IMG/VR virus record: IMGVR_UViG_3300020045_008362
Coordinates: 1-41,801 of that record
Direction: 5' to 3' (one strand)
Source: a virus
Taxonomy: Duplodnaviria > Caudoviricetes
Length of the DNA stretch: 41,801 nucleotides
Below are positions 1 to 9,114 of this stretch, one piece after another. The first letter of the stretch is position 1. Every line of letters starts with the position of its first letter. Under the pieces are notes generated by a model. It did not search any database. It saw nothing but the letters and a program-made list of their open reading frames with translations, and had not been told where the DNA came from. The position numbers were made by a program, and so were the translations under genes.

Positions 1-10
1 ATAACAATGT

Positions 11-1066
11 ATGGAAGAAGAATTTAAAAAATTAAGCCTTGTAAATTGTTTGGATAAGGTTTTAAATATGCCTTACGGTTCAACAAACGTCGTTTATATG
101 GACGACAAAGCAAGGGAAGAAACAGGGCTAATAATCGAAACAATAAATAACATTGCAGGCCTTCAAGTTATCGAAGAAAGGCCGTTTATTGACAATATTC
201 CTACGGCAGACGGTTGGGAGTCTAAAGAGATTCCAGGCAAATACACTATCATTTATTCCGACAGGCATAATCCAATACCTTCAGTTACACAGGACGATTT
301 AAGCGTATGGAATATAATACAGGAAGTTTCTTTTAGAAAAACAATTCAGCGAATTAAAATAAATAACGCCCTTCATAAGAAAGTAAGAAAAAAATGCTTA
401 GAATCAGGTGTTAAGTTTAGTTTAGACTATGGTTTTGTAGTTATAGACGGCAGGGAAAAAAGCTTATCTGTATACAGGCAAATACAGAAAGCCCATAGTG
501 AAGGAAAAAAAGAAATTTCTTTCAATCTTAAAGAAATAAACATGCCGACTGTGCGCACGTATGCTTCGCAGTTTGGATCCGCTATAGATGAAAAAATACG
601 TTGCACTGTGGCCGATGGTTTTATAACCGTTATTTTTTACCGTGGGCCATTAGACGACTTTAAGGACGCAGTAATTAAAGCTACTGAATTTTTATCACAA
701 GAAGATATTTTAAATATAGTGAAGTCTGTTTTTACCCCTGAAAATGATTTTCACAGACCGGAATTTACAGAAGTGCTTTCTGAAGAATTAAAGCGTCCTG
801 AAGCGGCTGTGTTGCTTGTATGGGAAGAAATGGGCTTTGATTCAGAAAGCGAATATACAGCCTACCAGGATAAGAAAAAAGCTGATCTGGCAGACTGGGA
901 ACAAACAGCACAGCCGAAGACAGCGACTGGTAGCGATAACGAGCCTACAAACAGCACAGCCGAAGACAGCGACTTACCGCCTAATGTTGAAATTGTGGAA
1001 GGCCTGCCGCAATACGTTATGCAGATACCTGAAAAAACCGACGGTATAGAAGACGCAGATTTTTAA
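11..1066 (+). CDS. hypothetical phage protein with acidic disordered C-terminus (ends IEDADF)
   Basis: 351-aa ORF followed by a bidirectional terminator; no family recognised. Confidence 0.7.
   Translation: MEEEFKKLSLVNCLDKVLNMPYGSTNVVYMDDKAREETGLIIETINNIAGLQVIEERPFIDNIPTADGWESKEIPGKYTIIYSDRHNPIPSVTQDDLSVWNIIQEVSFRKTIQRIKINNALHKKVRKKCLESGVKFSLDYGFVVIDGREKSLSVYRQIQKAHSEGKKEISFNLKEINMPTVRTYASQFGSAIDEKIRCTVADGFITVIFYRGPLDDFKDAVIKATEFLSQEDILNIVKSVFTPENDFHRPEFTEVLSEELKRPEAAVLLVWEEMGFDSESEYTAYQDKKKADLADWEQTAQPKTATGSDNEPTNSTAEDSDLPPNVEIVEGLPQYVMQIPEKTDGIEDADF
901..974 (+). repeat. 28-bp direct repeat ACAAACAGCACAGCCGAAGACAGCGACT (901-928, 947-974)
   Basis: Exact copies seen 46 bp apart, so they are read in different frames within ORF 11..1066. 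Confidence 0.9.
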
Positions 1067-1079
1067 AATGATATAAATA

Positions 1080-1113
1080 AAAACCCGCTGTAACAGGCGG
1101 GTTTTTATTTTTT
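1080..1113. terminator. bidirectional intrinsic terminator
   Basis: AAAACCCGC-TGTAACAG-GCGGGTTTT with A/T tracts on both sides, between convergent genes. Confidence 0.85.
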
Positions 1114-1371
1114 TTAAGGGAGAAACGCTATACATTTTCCAGTCTGAAAATAATATGCTCTTTGTCTAAAACCGAAGGTATGATCGTTTTTACCTTCATC
1201 GTTATTTATTATATTTTCATTTTGCCAAGCTATATAGCTTTCAATGTCGTTAACCTTCATTTCGCCAGATTCAGCTTTTGCTATGCAGATTTTACAATTT
1301 TCCCTGTACCAGTCCCGCGATTTCTTTATAGCTTCTGTAGTGAGTATTTCCCCGTTAAAATTGTTTTCCAT
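1114..1371 (-). CDS. small hypothetical protein
   Basis: 85-aa ORF, second gene behind the promoter at about 1600. Confidence 0.7.
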   Translation of the reverse strand: MENNFNGEILTTEAIKKSRDWYRENCKICIAKAESGEMKVNDIESYIAWQNENIINNDEGKNDHTFGFRQRAYYFQTGKCIAFLP

Positions 1372-1376
1372 TTTGG

Positions 1377-1568
1377 TTAAAAATTGATTATTTCTTCAAT
1401 ATTGTTTTGTATAAACTCAATCCTCATTCCGGCCCTGATTGCTAAATGTTCTATGCCTACTTTCAGAAGTTCTTTGTTTTTGCTTTCATAGGCATTTTTA
1501 AGACTTTCCTGTAGCATAGGACTGATTTTAAAACCGTCCTTAATTAGTTGTTTTTCCCATTCTTCCAT
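1377..1568 (-). CDS. small hypothetical protein
   Basis: 63-aa ORF with an A-rich start region directly after the promoter. Confidence 0.65.
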   Translation of the reverse strand: MEEWEKQLIKDGFKISPMLQESLKNAYESKNKELLKVGIEHLAIRAGMRIEFIQNNIEEIINF

Positions 1569-1599
1569 TATACTGATTTTTATTGAATTAATAGTTCAG

Positions 1600-1636
1600 C
1601 AAATATGTACATTAAATTTAATGTAGCAAATTTAAT
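1600..1636 (-). promoter_or_regulatory. Bacteroidota-type promoter with palindromic operator (copy 1)
   Basis: Minus strand TTTG-N19-CATATTTG; perfect 18-bp palindrome TACATTAAATTTAATGTA at 1608-1625. Confidence 0.75.
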
Positions 1637-1649
1637 ACAATAAAAAAAA

Positions 1650-2069
1650 TTATATAGTTTTATCTTTTAAGTATTTTATAAAATCATCAATATTTGTAAT
1701 TTGATGTTCTTTTTTAATTATTTTGGTAAGCCTTAGCATTTTACTGTAAAAACAAAACCCTCTATTGTCTAAATTTTTCTTCCTGCTAACACATTGTAGA
1801 TTGTATGAATCATTATTACTTTTATCTCTGTCTTTATGGTCAACTTCTAAATCTTCGCTATAGTCGCTTATAAACGCCTGTGCTACCAATCTATGTATAC
1901 GACGAGGATATCTTTTCTTATTTTTAATTAGCCCTACTTTTTTATAACCTCTATCGTCTTCCTGTTTCATTATGGTATTTCTTTTATCACTTCTTACCCT
2001 TCCAAAACAAGAGACTGAATAATTTTCAAATCCTTTTATTTTAACCCAAACTTCATAATTATTTTTCAT
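1650..2069 (-). CDS. NUMOD4-HNH homing endonuclease
   Basis: EVWVKIKGFENYSVSCFGRVRS (NUMOD4); IHRLVAQAF...VDHKDRDKSNNDSYNL (HNH). Confidence 0.9.
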   Translation of the reverse strand: MKNNYEVWVKIKGFENYSVSCFGRVRSDKRNTIMKQEDDRGYKKVGLIKNKKRYPRRIHRLVAQAFISDYSEDLEVDHKDRDKSNNDSYNLQCVSRKKNLDNRGFCFYSKMLRLTKIIKKEHQITNIDDFIKYLKDKTI

Positions 2070-2072
2070 AAC

Positions 2073-2170
2073 AAAAAAAGATACGGCTTTCGGGGTTGCG
2101 GTCCCTACTAACCATATCTTTAATGTGAATTTCTTATAATTGTAGCCGCAACTCTACAACAGCAAATATA
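2073..2170 (-). promoter_or_regulatory. promoter plus structured 5' leader (two hairpins with complementary loops, U-tract) of the HNH gene
   Basis: TATATTTG at 2170-2163; hairpin 2159-2140; long hairpin 2121-2077 followed by U7. Confidence 0.65.
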
Positions 2171-2185
2171 TGATTTTTTTTTGTT

Positions 2186-2650
2186 TTATAAGTAAAATTT
2201 AGGTATGTTATTAAAGTCCATTATGAATTCCGACTGGCCTTCAGTATATGTTTTGCCTACCTGAATAACGTCCCGGCTTATAGCTATAAGGTTACGTTCT
2301 TTTTCAGGTATTGGCATTAACACTGCCGGTTCGCCGGAATAAAACAAATAATCATACTGATTTGCTATGAACGTTCCTGCGATAATAAGGCGTTCAGGTA
2401 GCGGTTTCTTAGTCAGGCGCTGCCACCACGCAGCGTCCCAATTCGTAGGTGGCACACTTGAAATTAAGTCAGCATCCAGGTTTGATAATTGCCGGGCCGC
2501 GTATGCTAATTGCCCGAACTGGTAAAATTCAGGGTGTTCACGGTGATACTTTGGTGTGAACCCGTGCTTATCAATCTGATATTTAATTTCTTCAGTAAAA
2601 CACTTAATTGCGGGGCCATTATGTTCTGGCCTTGTGGTTTCTGTTTTCAT
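2186..2650 (-). CDS. conserved phage protein of unknown function
   Basis: EEIKYQIDKHGFTP...GQLAYAA...W..WW...RLIIAG resembles the widespread 'ERxRQ..EGWTPEHDD...GELA.AA...WPW..WWKP..LVKAGAL' phage family. Confidence 0.65.
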   Translation of the reverse strand: MKTETTRPEHNGPAIKCFTEEIKYQIDKHGFTPKYHREHPEFYQFGQLAYAARQLSNLDADLISSVPPTNWDAAWWQRLTKKPLPERLIIAGTFIANQYDYLFYSGEPAVLMPIPEKERNLIAISRDVIQVGKTYTEGQSEFIMDFNNIPKFYL

Positions 2651-2784
2651 AATTCGTTAAAAGATTTATTAAAATTTGAATCGTCAGGATCAGCGCTGCA
2701 ATACGCTTCCGGCGGCTTGTTGTCTATAAGATTTCGTTTAAGCTGCTCGTTATGGCCTTCAAAAATAGTAAGGATGGCTTTCAT
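2647..2784 (-). CDS. 45-aa small protein (not in the ORF track)
   Basis: MKAILTIFEGHNEQLKRNL...FNEL*; fills the gap, and its TGA overlaps the next ATG (ATGA coupling). Confidence 0.55.
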   Translation of the reverse strand: MKAILTIFEGHNEQLKRNLIDNKPPEAYCSADPDDSNFNKSFNEL

Positions 2785-2785
2785 A

Positions 2786-3172
2786 CTATTTAGCTATTAA
2801 AATTCCACCTATAAGCCCTACAGCGCCATATAGCCACGGTGAACGCCACCACGGAACGCCTTCTGATTTTATTTTCTGTATTTCTACAGCTGCCCGTTCC
2901 CGTTCGTCGTACATTTCATTCAAACGGTAATCGTATTCTTCTATTTTTTGGGATAGCGAAACTAAACTGTCGTTCTGCTGCTGTATAATAGTGTTTAGCG
3001 TGCCTGTGGCTTCCAGGCAGTCGCTGTATCGCTTCTTATATGCTTCACCCTGCTTCAGGCCATTGTATACGTTTTTAACCTGTGCAGGGGCTATTTTAAG
3101 GCTGTCCTGGGTAACTTGTGATATACTTACACATGGCATTGTAAGTAGTATCGCGAATAATAGGTTTTTCAT
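2786..3172 (-). CDS. putative spanin-like protein (signal peptide, coiled coil, C-terminal TM)
   Basis: MKNLLFAILLTMPCVSIS|Q; heptad-rich middle; PWWRSPWLYGAVGLIGGILIAK end; overlaps upstream gene out of frame. Confidence 0.55.
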   Translation of the reverse strand: MKNLLFAILLTMPCVSISQVTQDSLKIAPAQVKNVYNGLKQGEAYKKRYSDCLEATGTLNTIIQQQNDSLVSLSQKIEEYDYRLNEMYDERERAAVEIQKIKSEGVPWWRSPWLYGAVGLIGGILIAK

Positions 3173-3416
3173 GTGGTAATTTTTTAATAATTAAATCTGC
3201 TTTTTCGACTTGTTTTTTTGAATTTACAAGCGCTTCCGTTATGGTACTGTTTTTAACCCCTGTAGTTGAATCTATACTTTTTTGAATAGATTTTTTTTCT
3301 GATTCCTTAGTAACTGTGTTAGGCCGCGGTAAGGTTAAAAAGAAAATTACTATACCTAAAGAAATAGCGATTAAAACAACTAACCACGTAGGCGGACTGT
3401 ATTTTTTTTCTTCCAT
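3096..3416 (-). CDS. putative i-spanin-like membrane protein
   Basis: Single N-terminal TM followed by a soluble domain; Rz/Rz1-like overlap with the next gene. Confidence 0.55.
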   Translation of the reverse strand: MEEKKYSPPTWLVVLIAISLGIVIFFLTLPRPNTVTKESEKKSIQKSIDSTTGVKNSTITEALVNSKKQVEKADLIIKKLPHEKPIIRDTTYNAMCKYITSYPGQP

Positions 3417-3430
3417 GATATTAAAATTAT

Positions 3431-3450
3431 GGCCCGGAATTAACCGGGCC
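3431..3450 (-). terminator. intergenic hairpin (possible terminator or processing site)
   Basis: GGCCCGG-AATTAA-CCGGGCC, weak U-tract. Confidence 0.45.
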
Positions 3451-3457
3451 TGATTAA

Positions 3458-5743
3458 TTATTGTTGTTCAAGTAACACCCTGCATAATGCAGTTATCTGG
3501 TCTGATTTTTTAACGCCTTCCTGCGAAGGTGCTACTATTATATCATAAACGGCCTGGGCAGTATCTTTTGTACCTCTTATAAAATAGGCCCTGGCCTTTT
3601 GGTAATTTTTGTTTTCCAAAGCTTCTACATTCTCTAAGTCAAGTTTGTTAAGAATGTGGTTTTCTGGTGCAGGTGGATAGTAAGTCAGTTGGTAGGGGTA
3701 TTTTACAGGTACGGCAGATTTAGGCTGCTGTACCGCATTATCTACCACAGGCGGGGCTATAGGCGCGGCAGGCGACTGTATGGGTGTATGTGCCGGCGTT
3801 GTAGCGTTGTATGTTTGGGCAGGCGTATGATTTGGCATAGGTGGCGCTGCCGGGGCAGGTGCGGCTACTACCGGTGCAGCGGGCGCGCCAGACGGCGTAT
3901 ATGGCTGACCTGTAAGTTCTGCAATGCGTTTTTTTGCAGCTTCCAGTTCTTCGTCTTTTTTACGCTGTTCTTCTGCGGCGGCGTCCAGACCAGCTTTTAT
4001 ACCGGCGGCCTGTGTTACCAATAATGAAAATTCTTCGTCTGAAGCACTTTCTATTTGCGAAGGCATAATGTACAACGTACCAATGTTGTAGGCTGTACCT
4101 GTAAAAACCATAGGTATAGCAAACAAAGAATCTGTTCTGGATTTTATTTTTTCCAGTTTAACCCTTTGTTCTTCGGCAATACGTAGCGCTTCTGCGTTTT
4201 CATATTCAGATATAGCCTGGGCCTGTTTGTCGTGCGCTTCACGCGTTATTTTTGAAGCGGATCCTATGACGTTTTTTATCATTGCCTTAAAAGTGTTAAG
4301 GAACTTTGAAGCGTCAGTTTCTATTTTTTCGGTAGAAGTAGAAGCCTTCAACAATGCGGCTTTAGCAGCTTTTGCTTTTTTAAGTGTGGCCGCGTTGGTT
4401 ATTTCTACAAAAGGGTTTGCCTTTACAACTTCCAGTTGTTTGTCTTTAAGGCCTTGTAATTCCACTATACGGTCTTCCGACAAAGCGCCTATAGTGGCCA
4501 AAGAAACAGGATTTTTTTTAACAGGTTCTGTAGCTGAAGCTTCAGCCGGTGCAACTGGCACAACTGGCGCAGGCAAAGATTCCGCTACAGGCTGTGCAGG
4601 TTCTTTTTCTTCAGTAGGTTGGCCTGAACTTATTTTTTCAATATCTATCATTAAGCCGGTCCACTTCCTGTCGCTATAAGTCTGAATATCCAATATATCT
4701 ACAGCAAAAAACGCTGATTTAGTGGTAAGGTTAAATGTTCTGTCACCATCAAATTTAAGGCCTGCCGCAATAAGTTCTGCCACCCTTGATTCAGTGCTTC
4801 CGCCTTGCTGCGGTGCAAGTACGGGGGGCGCTACGGCTTCAGGCGCTACGGGTGCAGCGGGCGTGCTGTCTGCCACAACACCTTCTATCCTTTCTATGGT
4901 GTTCTGCCAGTCTTCTTCGCTGTCATTTTCTACGCTGTTTCCGGTTATGGTAAATCCGTGGCCTGAAAAACAGTCTTCGCCGGGAACGTACTGAAGTCCC
5001 AGTGCTGTTAATTGGTTTTCTCTAATTTTTGATTCCATTTTACTATTTTTGAGATTAATAATTTTACTTGTTTCTGCTTCGCTTCTGGCTATGAATTCGG
5101 GAATAGTTTCTTTAGGTTCTTTAGATATGGTTCTTAAAAATCCCTTCAGGTCTTCAAACCCTGACTTCCTGCCAAACCTGCTTAAATGCGTGTGAAGCTT
5201 AGAAATCATAAAGTAAGGGTAATCAGGAAACATAGATTCTAATTTTTCATAGTCTACGTGGCCGAATTCGTCTATATTTTGTTTTTCGCTTACATGAATA
5301 CCTAAGTCGCTGTAAGGTATCTTTTTAGCTAATATGGCTTCCTTAATTATTGAGGTGTCCGCGTGAATTCCGTATTTTGAAATATATACTTCCTTCCATT
5401 TGTCGTCTTTACCAAAAAGCACTATAGAATGATTAATAATCATACTTTTTAGCAAATTGGCTATTTCGTAAGTTTCGCCTTCAATATTTACAGTGATTAT
5501 GTTGCCGGCCGAAAATCCTTTAGATAGTTTTTTCATAATTTTTTCTTCAATGTACTTCCATTTAACAACCTGTAAAGTGAAATAACTTTTTATATCAACG
5601 CCTGACCATTGCCAACCGCTATGAAGTTCTTTAGATTCTAAGCGCTGTATGATGTATTTTTTAATTTCATTCTTGTGGTTTTTACATTTAGCATAAACAT
5701 GCTGACCTATAATCGGTAAGCCTTCATAAATACTGACCCACAT
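3458..5743 (-). CDS. large multidomain protein with Pro/Ala-rich linkers and a coiled coil
   Basis: 761-aa ORF; N-terminus WVSIYEGLP is DUF551-like; candidate internal in-frame starts at 5536 and 5038. Confidence 0.75.
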   Translation of the reverse strand: MWVSIYEGLPIIGQHVYAKCKNHKNEIKKYIIQRLESKELHSGWQWSGVDIKSYFTLQVVKWKYIEEKIMKKLSKGFSAGNIITVNIEGETYEIANLLKSMIINHSIVLFGKDDKWKEVYISKYGIHADTSIIKEAILAKKIPYSDLGIHVSEKQNIDEFGHVDYEKLESMFPDYPYFMISKLHTHLSRFGRKSGFEDLKGFLRTISKEPKETIPEFIARSEAETSKIINLKNSKMESKIRENQLTALGLQYVPGEDCFSGHGFTITGNSVENDSEEDWQNTIERIEGVVADSTPAAPVAPEAVAPPVLAPQQGGSTESRVAELIAAGLKFDGDRTFNLTTKSAFFAVDILDIQTYSDRKWTGLMIDIEKISSGQPTEEKEPAQPVAESLPAPVVPVAPAEASATEPVKKNPVSLATIGALSEDRIVELQGLKDKQLEVVKANPFVEITNAATLKKAKAAKAALLKASTSTEKIETDASKFLNTFKAMIKNVIGSASKITREAHDKQAQAISEYENAEALRIAEEQRVKLEKIKSRTDSLFAIPMVFTGTAYNIGTLYIMPSQIESASDEEFSLLVTQAAGIKAGLDAAAEEQRKKDEELEAAKKRIAELTGQPYTPSGAPAAPVVAAPAPAAPPMPNHTPAQTYNATTPAHTPIQSPAAPIAPPVVDNAVQQPKSAVPVKYPYQLTYYPPAPENHILNKLDLENVEALENKNYQKARAYFIRGTKDTAQAVYDIIVAPSQEGVKKSDQITALCRVLLEQQ

Positions 5744-5907
5744 TACATTTTTTCGTATTCAATTTCCTTCTCGGATATGTTAACGGAAACTTTATCCCAA
5801 TCAAAATATGAAATAGGCCTTCCTATCAGTGGTGTTATGTCTTCGCCTAATTGCACGCTTAATTCGATTAAACGCGCAAGCAACTTAAGTTTTTCTTTAC
5901 GATTCAT
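5743..5907 (-). CDS. small hypothetical protein
   Basis: Likely ATG start at 5907 (MNRKEK); TAATG coupling to the next gene. Confidence 0.55.
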   Translation of the reverse strand: MNRKEKLKLLARLIELSVQLGEDITPLIGRPISYFDWDKVSVNISEKEIEYEKM

Positions 5908-6211
5908 ATTTAAAAATATAATCAGGATTAATTTTTTTAGCACAAGTAGCACCAACTGGCATTTCCCATGTATCGTTATATTCTGTTTTATCTACAGGTA
6001 TATACATGCAGCCACCAAACGCAGAATTAATGTAAAATTTTCTATTTTCTTCTTTTATTCCCTTACCACAGCAAGGGCACGGTTCTAAATTATCTTCGTT
6101 GGCTTTTTCCTGATTCCTGCTATACATAGCGTCATTAACGGTTTGAGGTATTGAAACTAATTTTAAAACTTTCTCTAATTCTTTAGTTATAGTGAATGAT
6201 TGAGTTGCCAT
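5897..6211 (-). CDS. hypothetical Cys-containing (possible Zn-finger) protein
   Basis: CPCCGK...GATC motif; likely start 6211 (MATQSF) just after the promoter. Confidence 0.7.
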   Translation of the reverse strand: MATQSFTITKELEKVLKLVSIPQTVNDAMYSRNQEKANEDNLEPCPCCGKGIKEENRKFYINSAFGGCMYIPVDKTEYNDTWEMPVGATCAKKINPDYIFKYES

Positions 6212-6237
6212 AATGTTTTTTGCGTTTAATAGTTCAG

Positions 6238-6276
6238 CAAATATATACATATTAAATTTAATGTAGCAAATTTAAT
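6238..6276 (-). promoter_or_regulatory. Bacteroidota-type promoter with operator (copy 2)
   Basis: TTTG-N21-TATATTTG; 26-bp core at 6251-6276 identical to 1611-1636. Confidence 0.8.
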
Positions 6277-6277
6277 A

Positions 6278-9082
6278 TTAATTATTTTTAAAATTTATTT
6301 CTTCCTGTGTTTGCAAAGGTGGTTTTTCTACAGGTATAAATCTTATAGGTTCTATTATTGAACCGAAAATTTCAATCGTAGCTATTTTGGTGGCCCTTGT
6401 TTTTACATGAGAACCGAACATAACATTATCTGCTTTTACAGCGCCGTTAACCCGTGAAAGTATTGTAGGGTAATTTTTAGAATATGGCGTGTTGTATAAT
6501 AGTTTAGTGATAAATTGCGAATTATCAGAAAAAATTGCGTCCTGACCTTCTATAAGTATACCTACCCTTTTTAAGGTTTCTATAGCGCGTTCTTTGGTTA
6601 TTAGCGCAGATTCTAACGGGTCCCTGTTGTCGCCCCTGGCCGCTATAATTAATTCACCTATGGTTCGTGTCCGAGTGTCGGAATTTGCGGTTTCTACCCT
6701 TGTTTCAGCATCCATTATACGGTGTAATATTTTGACTTCATCCCTTGTAGCTTCAGACATTCGTTCTTCTGACCAGTCACGTTCTTTAATCCACTTTTTA
6801 GCGTCGTCATACGAAATTAAGCTGTCAGAATATAAACTGTAAGCACCGGCCAGTAAAGCGCCTAACTGGTCGCCTGTGCGTTGGTTGTCCAGTTCTGAAG
6901 CGGCAGCGTTTGAAAAAGTTTCAGCGTTTTTCATTATTACCGGCATTAACATTACTGATCTGGACTGGAAGGCTTTTATAAATTCTTCAGTCACTACGCT
7001 GTAATATATATCCAGTGTTTCCTGCCAACGTTCTTTTTTATCTGGGCGAAGGTCTGGTTTTATTTCTAAAACCGTAATTCTGGATATATCGGAACGCTGT
7101 GTAAGGTTAGCGCCTATGGAAGCAAAAGCGAAGCACGAACGTATATTAAACTGCGCGGCAGAACCCCCGGAAGAACCTTTAATTATTTTTCCGCCGTCAG
7201 ATGTGGAACTGGCCCGCATTATCTCTAAAACTGCCTGCATACGTTCTGAAGCTTTACGGTCTTCAGATTCTGCTTCGTCAAACACCACAGGCAGGGCGTC
7301 AGCCTTCAAATATTGGCGTATGCCGGCTTCTGTGGTTGCGCCCTGGGCATCGACAAACATTTGCCCTAAAAAACGCTTAATAAACATTTTCATTACTTCA
7401 GATTTTCCAGATCCTGAAGCGCCGGTTAACCACATGTGGGAACGCCACGACAGCGCACCGCATAACGGGGCTATTACAATCCATCCTGCCAGAAGCCGGG
7501 CGTTTATGTCCCTGGCCCAGTTAAGACGTTCCAACATTTGAATTAGTTTATTGGCGTCACGCGCCGGCAGTGGTGCGGTAAGTTCAAAGCCTAATTCCTG
7601 CCCCGCTTCATATATATACCGGCTTTTGTGTTTTACAAACGGTGTGCGAACCCCGTTAACTATAAGCGTGTCGCCACAATGTATAACAGGCACGCCATTA
7701 TCTATCCAAGCGCCCCGGCCGCGTATTTTTGTAGGATTGAAAATATTTTGTTTTGTGCATAGCGTTATCAGGTGATCCGCTACAGTGTTTATTTCAAATT
7801 TTACTGTTCCAGACCGCGCAGTGGGTTTTGGATATGCGCCTTCCCAATAATTTAATGGTGCAAGCTGTAGCAGGTTGGCAGTAGTGATCCCGCCTGCTGA
7901 TAATTTCACTATGGTATTCGTTCTATACACAAAAAAAACATATAAGGACGTTTCGTTATTTTCAAAGCCCAAACATTTAAAGTAAGGGTTTTTCATTTCC
8001 GGTTCGTCTTCATGTATTTCAGGTATGGCGGATATTGGCGCTGCCGGGGCAGGCGTTACAAATACCGCATCCGGCAGCGGGGGGGCTACTACTTCAGGTA
8101 ATGGCAATTCATTAGGCGGAAATTCAGAAACGGCAGGTATATCAATTCTGTTAGCCTTAAGGTATTCTGCGGCCTGTTCCTGTGTCCAGTCAGCGTCGGC
8201 TATATCCCATTTTTTAGGGAATGAAGGTGAATTCTGAATCCTTTTGAAGTTGGCGGCCACATATTCGCAAACACCCTTAAATCTTTTGTACACCTGTGTT
8301 TTCTTGTTATACTCCCAACCGCCAAACATTGCCAGCACGCCGGCCAGGTCGTTGTCCCCCCACAAAAAAACATTGCGACCGGCTAACGGCGTCCAGTCTG
8401 CTGACTTAACATTATCTTTGCCGCCGCACCAGGTAACGCATACATATTGCGGAAACAGTCTTTTTGCAGCTTCGCACGCTTTTTCGCCTTCAACTACAAG
8501 GACTATAGCAGTAGGCCTTAAATACAGTTCGTGAAGGTTGTATAATATCCGTGGCAAATCAAAGCCACGCCATTTCCAAGCGTACTTCTGGCCGTCAGTA
8601 TTGTAGGTGTATGGTATCACGTCTTTTTTGCCGTCAGGCAGGTTAAATCTTAAGACATACCCCATTATTTGCCCCTGCGCGTTATGGTACGCCCAATGTG
8701 CTGCCGGTGTTCCGTATTCTTTGAACACAAGATTTTCAGGTGCAGGAAGCGATAACTGGTCAGGGACAGCATTAACCCAGACTGGCGCGGGCGGTTCAGG
8801 AACTCTTACCACTTCAGAAGCTATTGTCCTGCCTTCTGTGATAATATTTTTAGCTTCTGAATACGTGTAGCCCTGTTTTGTAAAAAAGTCGAACATGTCG
8901 CCTGATTCGCCACAGGCAAAGCATTTGAATATCTGCTTCACCGGGTTTACTTTCATAGACGCGTGTTCGTCATTATGAAATGGGCAGTTACCGACGCGTT
9001 CCGGTCCCTGTTGCTTCAGGCTTACGGAACGCCCTATAACTTCTTCTATTCTGTAATTGAATTTTATTTCGTCTATAGTCAT
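6278..9082 (-). CDS. DNA primase-helicase (CHC2 Zn finger, TOPRIM, P-loop ATPase)
   Basis: CPFH...CFAC; VVEGEK...GDND; GASGSGKS Walker A; VVFDEAE Walker B. Confidence 0.9.
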   Translation of the reverse strand: MTIDEIKFNYRIEEVIGRSVSLKQQGPERVGNCPFHNDEHASMKVNPVKQIFKCFACGESGDMFDFFTKQGYTYSEAKNIITEGRTIASEVVRVPEPPAPVWVNAVPDQLSLPAPENLVFKEYGTPAAHWAYHNAQGQIMGYVLRFNLPDGKKDVIPYTYNTDGQKYAWKWRGFDLPRILYNLHELYLRPTAIVLVVEGEKACEAAKRLFPQYVCVTWCGGKDNVKSADWTPLAGRNVFLWGDNDLAGVLAMFGGWEYNKKTQVYKRFKGVCEYVAANFKRIQNSPSFPKKWDIADADWTQEQAAEYLKANRIDIPAVSEFPPNELPLPEVVAPPLPDAVFVTPAPAAPISAIPEIHEDEPEMKNPYFKCLGFENNETSLYVFFVYRTNTIVKLSAGGITTANLLQLAPLNYWEGAYPKPTARSGTVKFEINTVADHLITLCTKQNIFNPTKIRGRGAWIDNGVPVIHCGDTLIVNGVRTPFVKHKSRYIYEAGQELGFELTAPLPARDANKLIQMLERLNWARDINARLLAGWIVIAPLCGALSWRSHMWLTGASGSGKSEVMKMFIKRFLGQMFVDAQGATTEAGIRQYLKADALPVVFDEAESEDRKASERMQAVLEIMRASSTSDGGKIIKGSSGGSAAQFNIRSCFAFASIGANLTQRSDISRITVLEIKPDLRPDKKERWQETLDIYYSVVTEEFIKAFQSRSVMLMPVIMKNAETFSNAAASELDNQRTGDQLGALLAGAYSLYSDSLISYDDAKKWIKERDWSEERMSEATRDEVKILHRIMDAETRVETANSDTRTRTIGELIIAARGDNRDPLESALITKERAIETLKRVGILIEGQDAIFSDNSQFITKLLYNTPYSKNYPTILSRVNGAVKADNVMFGSHVKTRATKIATIEIFGSIIEPIRFIPVEKPPLQTQEEINFKNN

Positions 9083-9114
9083 GGTTCAGGTAGTAGGGTA
9101 GTAAAGGTAATTTT

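Noticed and set aside
816-1049. Overlapping 77-aa ORF in ORF1
   Set aside because: Non-ATG start and no initiation context; its QTAQPKTAT match simply reflects the 28-bp duplication.
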